Below are positions 10,588-22,959 of a stretch of 64,000 bases of DNA, one piece after another (within the stretch, counting starts at the first letter, position 1; the number at the start of each line of letters is the position of its first letter). The notes under the pieces are model-generated. The model saw only the letters and a list, made by a program, of their open reading frames with translations. It ran no database searches and was not told the DNA's origin. The translations under genes were made by a program, and so were the position numbers. Source of the DNA: Mustelus asterias (lineage: Eukaryota); the NCBI RefSeq assembly GCF_964213995.1, contig NC_135802.1, positions 57,474,001-57,538,000 on the forward strand. The letters are read 5' to 3'.

Positions 10588-11758
10588 CTTTGTTTGCTGT
10601 GAAATACATTGTTTTATGTAAGTCTTGCTGTAAGACCTGGTCTGTGTCCAACTCCCTAGCTGACACTCTGGGGTAAAATACTCTGTATAGTGTGATACTG
10701 AGCAGTAAAGGTTCAGCAGATGCAATCCAATTCTTTGTTAAGTGGACTGATCGCATCTGGCTCAGTGGAAAAATGTGACAAATTACTTAACTTTCTCTGC
10801 GATAGGGAGAAGATAAAATCAGCCAGCATTTCTACAGCTTATTGCTGGGCATTAATCATCCTGAGAAATGTGTGACAAATGCTGTGTCTGGTTGCAGATC
10901 AAATTTGACACTAATGCCCTCCTGATAAGATAGCCCACATACAGTATTAACCTGAAACTAGAGAAGGTGCAGAGGAAGTCCATAATCAGATGAAGAGTTT
11001 GGCAAAACCGAGACCTTGAAGACTTTATTTTAATATTGTTGTGCTGCTTTCCACTTGTCTGCAGACAAATTGACAATCTTCCCAACAAGATGGAAGGGAA
11101 GTCAATGGAAGTAGGCCACAGCTGTAGACCAGTGGGGACAATTGCTAGCATCCAGAAGACAGTGTCAGCTCAAGACCATAATTGGGAGCAGGGGATTGGA
11201 AGAAACAGAGATTTACAGATTAGGAGTAGGGGTAGACTACTCACACCCCCGAGCCTGTTCTGCCAGTCAATTTGATAATGGCATATCCAACTGTAATCTC
11301 AATGCTACATTCCTATCTATCTCTGATAAATTTTCACCGCTTTTCTAAAATCAATAATCTATCTAGTTCTGCCTTAAAAATGTTCAAAGACTCCATTTCC
11401 TTCACCTTTTGAGGAAAAAAGTCTCAAATATTCAACACCCTCAGATAAAAAAATTCTCATCTCTGCCTTAAATTGGTGACGTTTTTCTTTCAACAGTGAT
11501 CAAAACATTTAAGATCCTGAGGGGTACTGCCAGGGTGGATGTGGAGGGGATGTTTCCTCATGTCAGAGAATCTAGAACTAGGGCTCACTCATTTAAGACA
11601 GAGATGAGGAGAAACGTTTTCTTTCAGTGGGTCGTGAGTCTTTGGGACTCTCTTCCTCAAAAGGCAGTCATGATGTGGAGTTGCCGGCGTTGGACTGGGG
11701 TAGGCACAGTAAGTAGTCTCACAACACCAGGTTAAAGTCCAACAGGTTTATTTAGTAT

Positions 11759-11793
11759 CACGAGCTTTCGGAGTGTGGCCCCTTCATCAGGTG
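11759..11793 (-). ncRNA. Minimal type I hammerhead ribozyme
   Basis: Minus strand reads CAC-CUGAUGA-A-GGGG(ccaca)CUCC-GAAA-G-CUC-GUG. Confidence 0.8.
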
Positions 11794-12707
11794 AGTGAAG
11801 TTCACAAACAGGGCATATATATATACTCCTCAGAAGACAAACATGGGGCACGGCGGACAGAGTACCCTTCGTCGTCCAGTACTTCCCCGGAGCAGAGAAG
11901 CTACAACATCTTCTCCGGAGCCTTCAACATGTCATCGATGAAGACGAACATCTCGCCTAGGCTATCTCCACACCTCCACTACTTGCCTTCAAACAACTGC
12001 GCAACCTCAAACAGACCATTGTACGCAGCAAACTACCCAGCCTTCAGAAGAACAGTGATCACCTCACCACACAACCCTGCCACAGCAACCTCTGCAAGAT
12101 GTGCCGGATCATCGACACGGATGCCATCATCTCACGTGAGAACACCATCCACCAGGTACACAGTACATACTCTTGCGACTCGGCCAACATTATCTACCTG
12201 ATATGCTCAGGAAAGGATGTCCCGAGGCATGGTACATTGGCGAGACCATGCAAACGCTACGACAACGGATGAATGAACACCGCTCAACGATCACCAGGCA
12301 GGGGTGTTCCCTTCCTGTCGGGGAACACTTCAGCAGTCAAGGGCATTCAGAATCTGATCTTCGGGTGAGCGTTCTCCAAGGCGGCCTTCACGACACATGA
12401 CAACGCAGAATCGCTGAGCAGAAACTGATAGCCAAGTTCCGCACACATGAGGACGGCCTCAACCGGGATCTTGGATTTATGTCACACTATCTGTAACCCC
12501 CACGACTTGCCTGGGTTTACTAAATCTCACTAACTGTCCTGACTGGAGACAATTCACACCTCTTTAACCTGTGCTTAACCTTCTCTCCACTCATATTGTC
12601 TGCATCTGTAAAGACTTGATTACCTGTTAATACTCGCATTCCAACCATTATCTTGTCAATTGAGTTTGTGTCTATATATGCTCTATTTGTGAACTGAACT
12701 CTTCACT

Positions 12708-12742
12708 CACCTGATGAAGGGGCAACGCTCCGAAAGCTCGTG
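12708..12742 (+). ncRNA. Minimal type I hammerhead ribozyme
   Basis: CAC-CUGAUGA-A-GGGGC(aac)GCUCC-GAAA-G-CUC-GUG; predicted cut after 12739. Confidence 0.85.
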
Positions 12743-14139
12743 CCACCAAATAAACCTGTTCGATTTTAACCTGCTGTTGTGAGACTACTTACTGTCAAAA
12801 GGCAGTGGTAGCAGAGTCTTTGAATATTTTTAAGGCAGAGCTAGATAGATTCTTGATTAACAAGGGGGTGAATGATTATTGGTAGTCAGAAATGTGGCAT
12901 TGAGGTTACAACCAGATCAGCCATGATCTTACTGAATGGCAGCACAAGCTTGAGGAGTCGAGTGGCCCATTCCTGGTCCTAATTCAAATGTTCATGTGAC
13001 CTCTGATTCTAGATTCTCCCATAAGAGGAAGCATCCTTTCCATATCCATCCTGTCAAGCCCCTCAGGATCTTATATTATTCAATCAAGTCACTTCTTACT
13101 CCTTTAAACTCCAGCAAGTACAAACCTGACCTGTCCAAACTTTCCTCATAAGACAACCCACCCATTCCTGGTTTTAGTCTAGTTAACGTTCTCTGATCTG
13201 CTTCCAATGCATTTATATCCTTCCTTACATAAGGAGAACAATACTGTACATAGTTCTCCAGATGTAATCTCACCAATGTCTTGTATAGCCTCCCTTCTTC
13301 TGAATTCAATTCCCTTCTCAATAAATCATAATTCTATTTGCTTTTCTAATAACTTGTTGTACTTGCATACCTTTTGAGATCCCTCTGCATCTCAGAGCTC
13401 TGCAGTCTCGCACCATTTAGATATGTTGCTTTTCTATTCTTCCTGCCAAAATGGACAAATTCACATTTTCCTACACTTCAGTCACTTAACCTATCTATAT
13501 TCCCTTGTAGCCTCCTATGTTCACTTCACAACATACATTCTTGCCTATCTTTGTATCAATAGCAAATTTAGCAGCTATACCTTCAGCCCTTTCATCCAAG
13601 TCATTGAGCTGATTGGGATGAGGAAAGGGTGTGAAAAGAGGCTTTCGGGAATAATCCAGGCACAGGGATTCTGGGGATGGCGAAGTCAGGCTCCTGGCAG
13701 TGACTTGGATTGGGAGAGGCCAAAGGCTTCCTTGTGAAGCTTGCCTGTTTTAAGCACACCTGTTATTTCTGACCCATAATGGCTGAATAAAGACTAGACA
13801 TTTAGTACCTTAAGGAGTTGGCAGTTCCCACTTCAGATCAGCTGCCAGGCTCCCTTTCAGTTCCAGTTAAATTTAAGTTCTGAGGCCAATAATGTCATCA
13901 TGTGTACACCTTCCCCACCACTGCCAATGTTTTGCAGAATCCTCCTGAGTGGCTTGAGTATATTAAAACTTACAAGTCAGGTGAATGGGGTTGTGTTACT
14001 TGATCCTGATATTTTAATCCCTAGGGATCTTGATCCGTCTATTGTGGGTGTGTTTGGGTGATGGTGTGGGAGATTAACATTGAGGCCATAGTGTTAAAGT
14101 GAAGATTGGCTTGAGTGAGGTACTGGAGGACTTTTTCCT

Positions 14140-14452
14140 ATTTGTTCATGGGATGTGGGCATCGCTAGCTAGGCCAGTAATTATTGCTCAACTCGAGGGT
14201 CATTTAAAAGTCAAGCACATTGCTGTGGATCTGGAGTCACATGTAGGCCAGACCAGGTAAGGACGATACATTTCCTTCCCTAAAGGACATTAGTGAACCA
14301 GATGGATTTTTTGGACAATGGTTTCATTAGACTTTTAGTTCCGATTTTTATTAAATTCAGATTTCACCATCTGGTGGGATTCAAACCAAGGTCCCCAAAG
14401 CATTACCCTGGGTCTCTGGTCCAGTGACAATACCACTGTGCCACTGCCTCCC
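14140..14452 (-). mobile_element. MER131-like (MetaSINE-type) tRNA-derived SINE
   Basis: Minus strand: head GGGAGGCAGTGGCACAGTGGTATTGTCACTGGAC, core CATCTGGTTCACTAATGTCCTTTAGGGAAGGAAAT, family-B LINE tail. Confidence 0.75.
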
Positions 14453-15049
14453 AAGTGACTGCTAGAACTTGTGCAACCTGTGGTAAATTACTGTCTTGAG
14501 AAAGGGATAAGAGATGATCAAAAAAGAGAAAAAAAAATTAGTGAAAATTAATTTATTCTCTATTTGGAGCATACTGCATAATTCATAAGTGCCTAAATTA
14601 TATTAAATGCTTCAACATTTAAAACTCTGTGACAAAAATCTATTTTTAAATTTTGATTTGTTTTCTTTAAATGGAATATTTAATGTTGAGATTTTAAGGG
14701 GATAATTTTAACTTTTGCTGAGTGTGGCAAACTAGGAGTGGCATCTTAAATGTTCAGTCTGGATTTCAGTCCCATTGCTGTTAAAAAGGAAGATCAAACA
14801 AGAAATATAATGGGCTGCCAATGTGAACATCTTAGGTGAAAATTACCCAGAGTACCCATGCCTTGCCCGACCATCATTGGCAGAACCTTCTGTCATAAAT
14901 GGAACTCATTGTACAAATGCATCTGCATAGCTTCAGTCATCCCTTATCATTTACCAAGATCCACACTTTTAACCTTGCCTTTGGTCACCTCCCTTAAATT
15001 TTCTCATAACTTCTAAATATCTGATTCCTCTTACGAATTGTCTTTTGAG

Positions 15050-15332
15050 AACTAAGAACAGTACAGCACAGAAACATGTCCTTCGGCCCACCAAGCCTGC
15101 GCCGACACATGACCCCTTTCTAACTTAAAGACCTTTTGCCTATACATGGTCCATATTCTTCTATTCCTTGCCAAAATGCCTCTTAAACGTTGCTATTGTA
15201 ACTGCTTCCAACACCTCCTCTGGCACTTACCACCTTCTGTGTAAAAAACTTGCCTCTCACATCTCCTTTAAACGTTCCCCTTTTTACCTGAAGCCCATGA
15301 CCCTAGTAATTGACATTTCTACCTTGGGGAAA
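15050..15332 (-). mobile_element. CR1 LINE 3' tail fragment
   Basis: AGAACAGTACAGCACAGAAAC..CCTTCGGCCC tail resembling that at 18900. Confidence 0.75.
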
Positions 15333-15339
15333 AAGACAC

Positions 15340-16858
15340 AAACGAGTCGTCCGGACTTGGAAAAATTCATCAACTTCGTCTCCAGTTTCTATCCCTCCAT
15401 CACCTTCACCTGGTCCATCTCAGACACTTCCCTTGACCTTTCTGTCTCTATTTCCAGCAATAAACTATCTACCAATATCCATTACAAGCCCAGTGACTCC
15501 CACAGCTATCTGAACTACAGCTCTTCGCACCCTACATCTTGTAAGGACTCCATCCCTTTCCCTCAGCTCTTTCGCCTCTGGCATTGTTCTGATGATGCCC
15601 CTTTCCAAGGTGATGCTTCTAATATGTGTTCCTTCTTCCTCAACCGTGGTTTCCCACCTACAGTTGTTGACAGGGCCCTCAATAACGTGCGGTCCATCTT
15701 CCGCGCCCTGACCCTCACTCCCTCCCCTCCCCCGCAGAACAAGGATAGAGTCCCCCTTGTTCTCACGTTTCACCCCACCAGTCTCCGCATGCAAAGTATA
15801 ATCCTCCGCCATTTTCGCCAACTCAAGCGTGATGCCACCACCAAACACATCTTCCCATTACTCTGTCAGCATTCCGCAGAGACCGTTCCCCCCAGGATAA
15901 CCTAGTCCACTCCTCCACTATACCCAACAACTCTTCCCATCACCCACGGCACCTTCCCATATAATCCCAGGTGTAACACCTGCCCCTTTACCTCTTCCAT
16001 GCTGACCATCCAAGGCCCAAAACACTCATTCCAGATTAAGCAGCGTTTCACTTGCATCTCTTTCAATTTGGTCTATTGCATTCGCTGCTCTCAATGTGGT
16101 CTCCTCTATATTGGAGAGACCAAACGTAGACTGGGTGATCACTTTGCTGAGCACCTTCGGTCTGTGTGCAATCAGGTCCCTTACCTTCCGGTTGCTTGCC
16201 ATCTTAACACATAATCCTGCTCCCATGTCCACATGTCTTTCCTTGGCTTGCTGCAATGTTCCAGTGAAGCTCAACGCAAACTGGAGGAACAGCATCCCAT
16301 CTTCCCACTAGGTACTTTACAGCCTTCCGGTCTTAACATTGAATTCAACAACTTCAGATGATTAGCTCTACCCCACCTCGACGCCTTTGTTTTCATTTTA
16401 TTTAGTTTTCAAATGTTCTCTACCTTTTATTTCTTTATTGTCTTTATTTTTCTTTCCCCCCACTCTTTCCCCTTATTTTACCCCCTTTGCTTCCCTTTTT
16501 CTCAACTTACCTCTCCCAATCCTCACCCCCCCCTCCCCCAACAGCTTTATCTGTCACAGCTTACCCTCTGATTTTAATTTCTCTGCCATTTGGCCATTCA
16601 CACCTTCTATTCCATCTATGGACTGCCATTAGCAACCTTTCCCCGTGTTTTTATGGCCATGACTCATCTTTCATTCCCTCACCCCACAGTATAAATAGCT
16701 CCCACTTTCTATGCCTTTTAGCTTTGACAACGGGTCATCTGGACTCGAAACGTCAGCTCTTTTCTCTCTTTGCAGATGGTGCCAGACCTGCTGACCTTTT
16801 CCAGCATTTTCTCTTCTGATTTCAGATACCAGCATCCGCAGTAATTTGCTTTTATCCT
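15340..16858 (+). mobile_element. 5'-truncated Penelope-like element (family B): RT thumb/linker plus GIY-YIG, frameshifted
   Basis: HYKPSDSHSYLNYSSSHP..KDSIP, FLNRGFP, RVPLVLTFHP, LVYCIRCSQCGLLYIGETKRRL..AEH; pyrimidine-rich 3' region ending in a hammerhead motif. Confidence 0.92.
16720..16758 (+). ncRNA. Minimal type I hammerhead ribozyme, U3-A8 core variant
   Basis: AGCU-UUGACAA-C-GGGUC(aucug)GACUC-GAAA-C-GUC-AGCU. Confidence 0.72.
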
Positions 16859-17289
16859 GGGATATTAAAGGCTGTGGGTATGATTAGCGAACAAGACTAG
16901 GGGATTGTAAAAAAAATATTAGCACTGTGTAGAAAAATATTAGCACTGACTTGATGGACCAAATGGACTGTTTCTAAGCTATAACAGTCTGTGTTTCCCA
17001 GTAATGGCATCCTGGATGCTTCGTATTTAACACAACAGTTTTATGCCCTTAATAGATTGGATAAAAATGAAGCTACTCCATTACCTTGCCTCCTTAGATC
17101 GTCATTCTGGAATGAAAATGGAAGAGGGATCAAACGCTTTGGCTTGCTTGTAGGACAAAACTGATGGTGTAACATTGCATTGTTTATGAACAATATGGTA
17201 CATAAGAAATGCACCAAAATAGATGTGAAATCAATTGGACACCTTCACTGGGTTCAGTGTTATTTCTACACAGGGGAAAAGTGCGTTTT

Positions 17290-18400
17290 TAGAGTCATAG
17301 AGGTTTACAGCATGGAAACAGGCCCCTCGGCCCAACTTGTCCATGCCGCCCTTTCTTTTTTAAAACCTCTAAGCTAGTCCCAATTGCCCGCATTTGGCCC
17401 ATATCCCTCTAAACCCATCATACCCATGTAACTATCTAAATGCTTTTTAAAAGACAAAATTGTACCCGTCTCTACTACTACCTCTGGCAGCTTGTTCCAG
17501 ACACTCACCACCCTCTATGTGAAACAATTGCCCCTCTGGACACTTTTGTATCTCTCCCCTCTCACCTTAAACCTATGCCCTCTAGATTTAGACTCCCCTA
17601 CCTTTGGAAAAAGATATTGACTATCTAGTTGATCTGTGCCCCTCATTATTTTATAGACCTCTATAAGATCACCCCTCTGCCTCCTACGCTCCAGAGAAAA
17701 TAGTCCCAGTCTATCCAGCCTCTCTTTATAACTCAATCCACCAAGTCCCGGTAGCATCCTAATAAATCTTTTCTGCACTCTTTCTAGTTTAATAATATCC
17801 TTTTTATAATAGGGCGACCAGAATTGCACACAGTATTCCAAATGTGGCCTTACAAATGTCTTGTACAACTTCAACAAGACATCCCAACTCCTGTATTCAA
17901 TGTTCTGACCGATGAAACCAAGCATGCCGGATGCTTTCTTCACCACTCTGTCCACCTGTGACTCCACTTTCAAGGAGCAATGAACATGTACTCCTAGAGC
18001 TCTTTGTTCTGTAACTCTCCCTAATGCCCTACCATTAACTGAGTAAGTGCTGCCCTGGTTCAATCTAGCAAAATGCATCACCTCGCATTTGTCTAAATTA
18101 AACTCCATATGCCATTCGTCAGCCCACTGGCCCAATTGATCAAGATCCCGTTGCAATTGGAGATAACTTTCTTCACTGTCCACTATGCCACCAATCTTAG
18201 TGTCATCTGCAAACTTACTAACCATGCCCCTTATATTCTCATCCAAATCATTAATATAAATGACAAATAACAGAGGACCCAGCACTGATCCCTGAGGCAC
18301 ACTGCTGGTCACAGGCCTCCAGTTTGAAAAACAACCCTCTACAACCCTCTCAAGAAGCCAATTTTGTATCCATTTAGATACCTCACCCTGGATCCCGTGG
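17290..18400 (-). mobile_element. CR1/HER1 LINE ORF2 3' part
   Basis: ORF 17515-18312: VPQGSVLGPLLF, KFADDTK, HLEYCVQFWSP. Confidence 0.95.
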
Positions 18401-18896
18401 CAATTTTAATTGCCACTGTTACATTTTGACCCACTTGTTTCAGCAACTGCTCTATACACAAGTACACCTCAATTTTATTGCTTTCTTCCAAGTACTGAAG
18501 AGAGAACTATTTGGAATGTAGTTAGAATTATTCAGTGCTGTAATACAGTATTAGGGTGACAACTTTACTCTGGAAAAGCATGAACATTGAGGCCCAAAAG
18601 AACATTTATTTTCTTCCCAGTGTGAGAGAGGTGTGTGTATATCTGTGTTTGTAGGAGAGAAGGGTGTGTGTCCGTGCGTGCCCGTTTGTCTGTGCAAAGA
18701 AGAGTATGTGCGCATGCACGTCTGATATAAGAATCCAGATCTCCAGCAACACTCCTAATATTTAATGAATTTGTGAGCAATAGAAACAGCATCACTCCTC
18801 CAATTATATTGATAAAAAGGTAAGACTTAAGTACTTGTTGAATAAAATAAATTATAAATGCATGCATATATGAATGTATACATATAAATGTATACA

Positions 18897-20665
18897 TATA
18901 GAACAGTACAGCACAGAACAGGCCCTTCGGCCCACGATGTTGTGCCGAGCTTTGTCTGAAACCCAGATCAAGCTATTTCCTCCCTATCATCCCAAAGTAC
19001 TCCATGTGCCTATCCAATAGCTTCTTAAATGTTCCTAAAGTTTCTGACTGCACTATCCCTGCAGGCAGTCCATTCCACACCCCAACCACTCTCTGAGTAA
19101 AAAACCTACCTCGGACATCCTTCCTATATCTCCCACCATGAACTCTATAGTTATGCCCCCTAGTTACCGCTCCATTCACCCGAGGAAATAGTCTTTGAAC
19201 GTTCACTCTATCTATCCCCCTCATTATCTTATAAACCTCTATCAAGTCTCCTCTCAACCTCCTCCGCTCCAAAGAGAAAAGCCCTTTCCTCATAAGACCT
19301 ACCCTCCAAACCAGGCAGCATCCTGGTAAATCTCCTTTGCACTCTTTCCAGTGTCTCCACATTCTTCTTGTAGTGAGGTGACCAGAACTGCACACAATAT
19401 TCCAAATGTGGTCTCACCAAGGTCCTGTACAGTTGCAGCATAACCCCACGGCTCTTAAACTCAAACCCCCTGTTAATGAACGCCAACACACTATAGGCCT
19501 TCTTCACGGCTCTATCCACTTGAGTGGCAACCTTCAGAGCTCTATGGATATGAACCCCAAGATCTCTCTGTTCCTCCACATTCTTCAGAACCCTACCTTT
19601 GACCCTGTAATCCACATTTAAATTTGTCCTACCAAAATGAATCACCTTGCATTTGTCAGGGTTAAACTCCATTTGCCATTTCTCAGCCCAGCTCTGCATC
19701 CTATCTATATCACTTTGCAGCCTACAACAGCCCTCCACCTCATCCACTACTCCACCAATCTTGGTGTCATCAGCAAATTTACTGATCCACCCTTCAGCCC
19801 CCTCCTCCAAGTCATTTATAAAAATTACAAATAGCAGAGGACCAAGCACTGATCCCTGTGGCACTCCGCTGGTAACCAGTTTCCAGTCCGAAAATTTTCC
19901 ATCCACCACCACCCTCTGTCTTCTGTTAGATAGCCAGTTACCTATCCAATCGGCCAAACTTCCCTCTATCCCACAGATCCTTACTTTCTTCATAAGTCGA
20001 CCATGGGGGACTTTATCAAACGCCTTACTAAAATCCATGTATATGACATCAACTGCACTACCTTCATCTACACGCTTAATTACCTCCTCAAAAAATTCTT
20101 TCAAATTTGTGAGGCAAGACTTGCCCTTCACAAATCCGTGCTGACTATCCCGGATTAATCCGCATCTTTCTAAATGGTCGTAAATCCTATCCCTAAGGAC
20201 CTTTTCCATCAACTTAGCGACCACCGAAGTAAGACTAACCGGCCTATAATTACCAGGGTCATTTCTATTCCCTTTCTTAAACAGAGGAACCACATTCGCC
20301 ACTCTCCAGTCCTCTGGCACCACCCCCGTGGACAGCGAGGACCCAAAGATCAAAGCCAAAGGCTCTGCTATCTCATCCCTTGCCTCCCAAAGAATCCTAG
20401 GATATATTTCATCAGGCCCAGGGGACTCATCAACTTTCAGTTTATTCAAAATTGCAAGTACATCTTCCCTCCAAACATCTACTTCCTCCAGCCTATCAGC
20501 CTGTGACACCCTCTCTTCCTCAAAAACATGGCCCCTCTCCTTGGTGAATACCGAAGAAAAGTATTCATTCATCACCTCTCCTATTTCTTCTGACTCAATG
20601 CATAAATTCCCACTACCGTCCTTGACCGGCCCCAACCTCACCCTGGTCATTCTTTTATTCCTCAC
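18897..20665 (-). mobile_element. CR1/HER1 LINE ORF2 RT fragment with one frameshift
   Basis: ORF 19229-20737: NYRPVSLTS, QHGF, DFSKAFD, GVPQGSVLGP, FADD; C-terminus in ORF 18973-19395. Confidence 0.96.
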
Positions 20666-21300
20666 ATAATACTTATATAAATTTATATAACTTATATTCT
20701 TATATAAATTTGTTATTGTGTGTTTGTGCAAAAACATTCAATCTTTTGTGGTTTAATTCTTGAAATAATGTTTCTCAGGGTTTCACCAGTATCCCGGGGA
20801 GGTCAAAATAATTCTGTGGCTGGAAAAGTTAAGGAAACCCGACTTTAAGTGAACACATTGTTAAAACACCATTAAATGTGTTGCCCACCAATTGAATTTA
20901 AAGTCAGGGAGTAGGAATATGGGCTTTGATTTAGACTGAACCACTATTGTTGGCTCCAGACACACAGGAGGTTGGAGTTGCGATGCAAGTTTTGGTGGTG
21001 TCCAGAATTCCAGTGGGAGAATTAGAGATCCTAACTGTAATTGTACAGATTATTGAATGTGAAGAAAAATACAACTTTCCGTTAATTTATCTTTTGATAG
21101 TATATTAGTGAGATGAATCAAAACATTCTAAATTATTCAGATTTGGGTAAAAGAATAACCAAATTTTACAATTCTCAAAAAGATTAAGTAGAAAATTTCC
21201 CGAGAGATTTTGAGGTGAAAAATCAGTTAAAATATGTAAATATAAAAAAGGTATTTTATCTAAATAAAGTTTTTACAAAATTGATCATATTCAGAGAGAT

Positions 21301-21640
21301 TCATAGAATCATAGAAATCGTACAGTGCAGAAAGAGGCTATTTGGTCCATCGAGTTAGCACCGACCACAATCCCAGCCAGGCCCTACCCCCATATCCCTA
21401 CATATTTACCCACTAATCCCTCTAACCTACGCATCTCAGGACACTAAGGGGCAATTTTAGCATGGCCAATCAACCTAACCCGCACATCTTTGCTCTGTGG
21501 GAGGAAACCGGAGCACCCGGAGGAAACCCACGCAGACATGAGGAGAATGTGCAAACTCCACACGGACAGTGACCCAAGCCAGGAATCGAACCCAGGTCCC
21601 TGGAGCTGTGAAGCAGCAGTGCTAACCACTGTGCTACTGT
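21301..21640 (-). mobile_element. HE1-type SINE
   Basis: Full head, central domain and tail on the minus strand. Confidence 0.9.
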
Positions 21641-22174
21641 TTCAATCACACATGTATTACTTACAATCCTTCCTGAATTGGTCGCAAACTGCTATATCAT
21701 TGTTAAAATTCACTGCTTACCTGACAGGCGGTAGCAGTTGTCTAAACAGGTACAACAGCAACTCGGGAAGGTGCTATATCCGATTCCACAAATTATCACG
21801 GATTGAAACAGCCTATGCTGAGGTTGCTCCATAGTGTACCTCCTTTGATAACAAAAGCTGAATCTGTGATTTTCATACTTGTGAATTTAGGCCAACATGT
21901 CCTCTTCAAGCCCCTCCAGTTTGAGAACCACTATTATGTATGTTCTTAGTCACATAGGTTGAGCTAGTCCAGTGTGAGGAACTCTGGATCAAAGCCAAAA
22001 ACTGATTAACATGGTTTTGGAGCCATTGATAGGTCTCTTTTGAAGAAGGATGCCCAATTATCATGGTTCAAGCTCTAGGAAGAAATTAATAAGTCACGCG
22101 ATGTATGATTTTTGTCCAACTAATTAAATTCTGACAATACTAGTTTTTGAAATATGCCTTTTTTATTTAAGTTT

Positions 22175-22463
22175 TTAAGTTTATTTATTAGTGTCACAAG
22201 TATGCTTATATCAACACGGCAATGAAGTCACTGAAAATCCCCTAGTCAGCACACTCCAGCGCCTGTTCAGGTAACACGGAGGGAGAATTTAGCATGGCCA
22301 ATGCACCTAACCAGCATGTCTTTGGACTGTGGGAGGAAACCGGAGCACCCGGAGGAAACCCACACAGACACGGGAAGAACATGCAAACTCCAGTGACCCA
22401 AGGTGGGCATTGAACCTTGGTCCCTGGCGCTTGACGCAGCAGTGCTAACCACTGTGCCACCGT
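22175..22463 (-). mobile_element. HE1-related SINE with an alternative 3' tail
   Basis: Same head and central domain; tail GACTAGGGGATTTTCAG..CTTGTGACACTAATAAA, as at 38180. Confidence 0.85.
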
Positions 22464-22959
22464 ATTAGTTTACACTATGCTTGTTCAACCCCAGGCCCGT
22501 TGGCTGCATCTGTCTGCTGAAGTGTCTGACCTCTCTGTAGCCCACAGAGAAAGATTCTACTACAGGCTGCCCTGCTCCCATGTTTACTGCTGATAAGGCT
22601 CATTTAGGGAAGGGAGTGGAGAAGAGATTGGCTGCCACGTGAGGGATTGAGAGTATGCGTGTAAGTGTATACCATCCCTTGGCTTTGTGACAGGAAAAGT
22701 CTTATTGGAAAACCTAGGTCCTTGGTTGAAGGAATATTAATTTTATTAGTTTCATGGTTTGAATAGATGTTTCGTGACTTTAATGGGAGGCTGAATTTTA
22801 GTATTTCTATTATTTCCTTGTGATTGAAATGAGGAAAATAATGGCTTGATGAACATCTAGCCAATCAGAATCCTGGAGTACTCTAATACATTTGAATATA
22901 CTACCAATATATATTTGCCAAAATTACTGAAAGGTATGCCAGGACACAATATTGTTTTT

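Larger units (their letters stand above)
11669..12794 (+). mobile_element. 5'-truncated Penelope-like element (family A) with GIY-YIG endonuclease remnant and inverted pseudo-LTR
   Basis: Frameshifted NIIYLI and KGCPEAWYIGETMQTLRQRMNEHR motifs; 11706-11822 inverted to 12673-12795; 12-bp TSD TCAAAAGGCAGT at 11657-11668 and 12795-12806. Confidence 0.92.
11210..13605 (-). mobile_element. CR1 fragment (-) hosting a nested CR1 (+, about 11497-12995)
   Basis: Minus-strand CR1 tail 11210-11496 resumes at 12996 (ORF 13076-13321 RLYKTLVRLHLENYVQY). Plus-strand CR1 has SRTRAHSFKTEMRRN. Confidence 0.8.

Noticed and set aside
19406-20669. Several + strand ORFs here, and similar antisense ORFs at 31279 and 51841-52935
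   Set aside because: Antisense shadows of CR1 ORF2.
21444-21629. Recurrent MVSTAASQLQGPGFDS ORFs and tRNA-like heads
   Set aside because: HE1 SINE bodies, not protein or tRNA genes.
20770-22560. Short hAT-like terminal motifs (e.g. CCAGTTTGAGAACCACT near 21917)
   Set aside because: No matching second terminus or 8-bp TSD could be identified.
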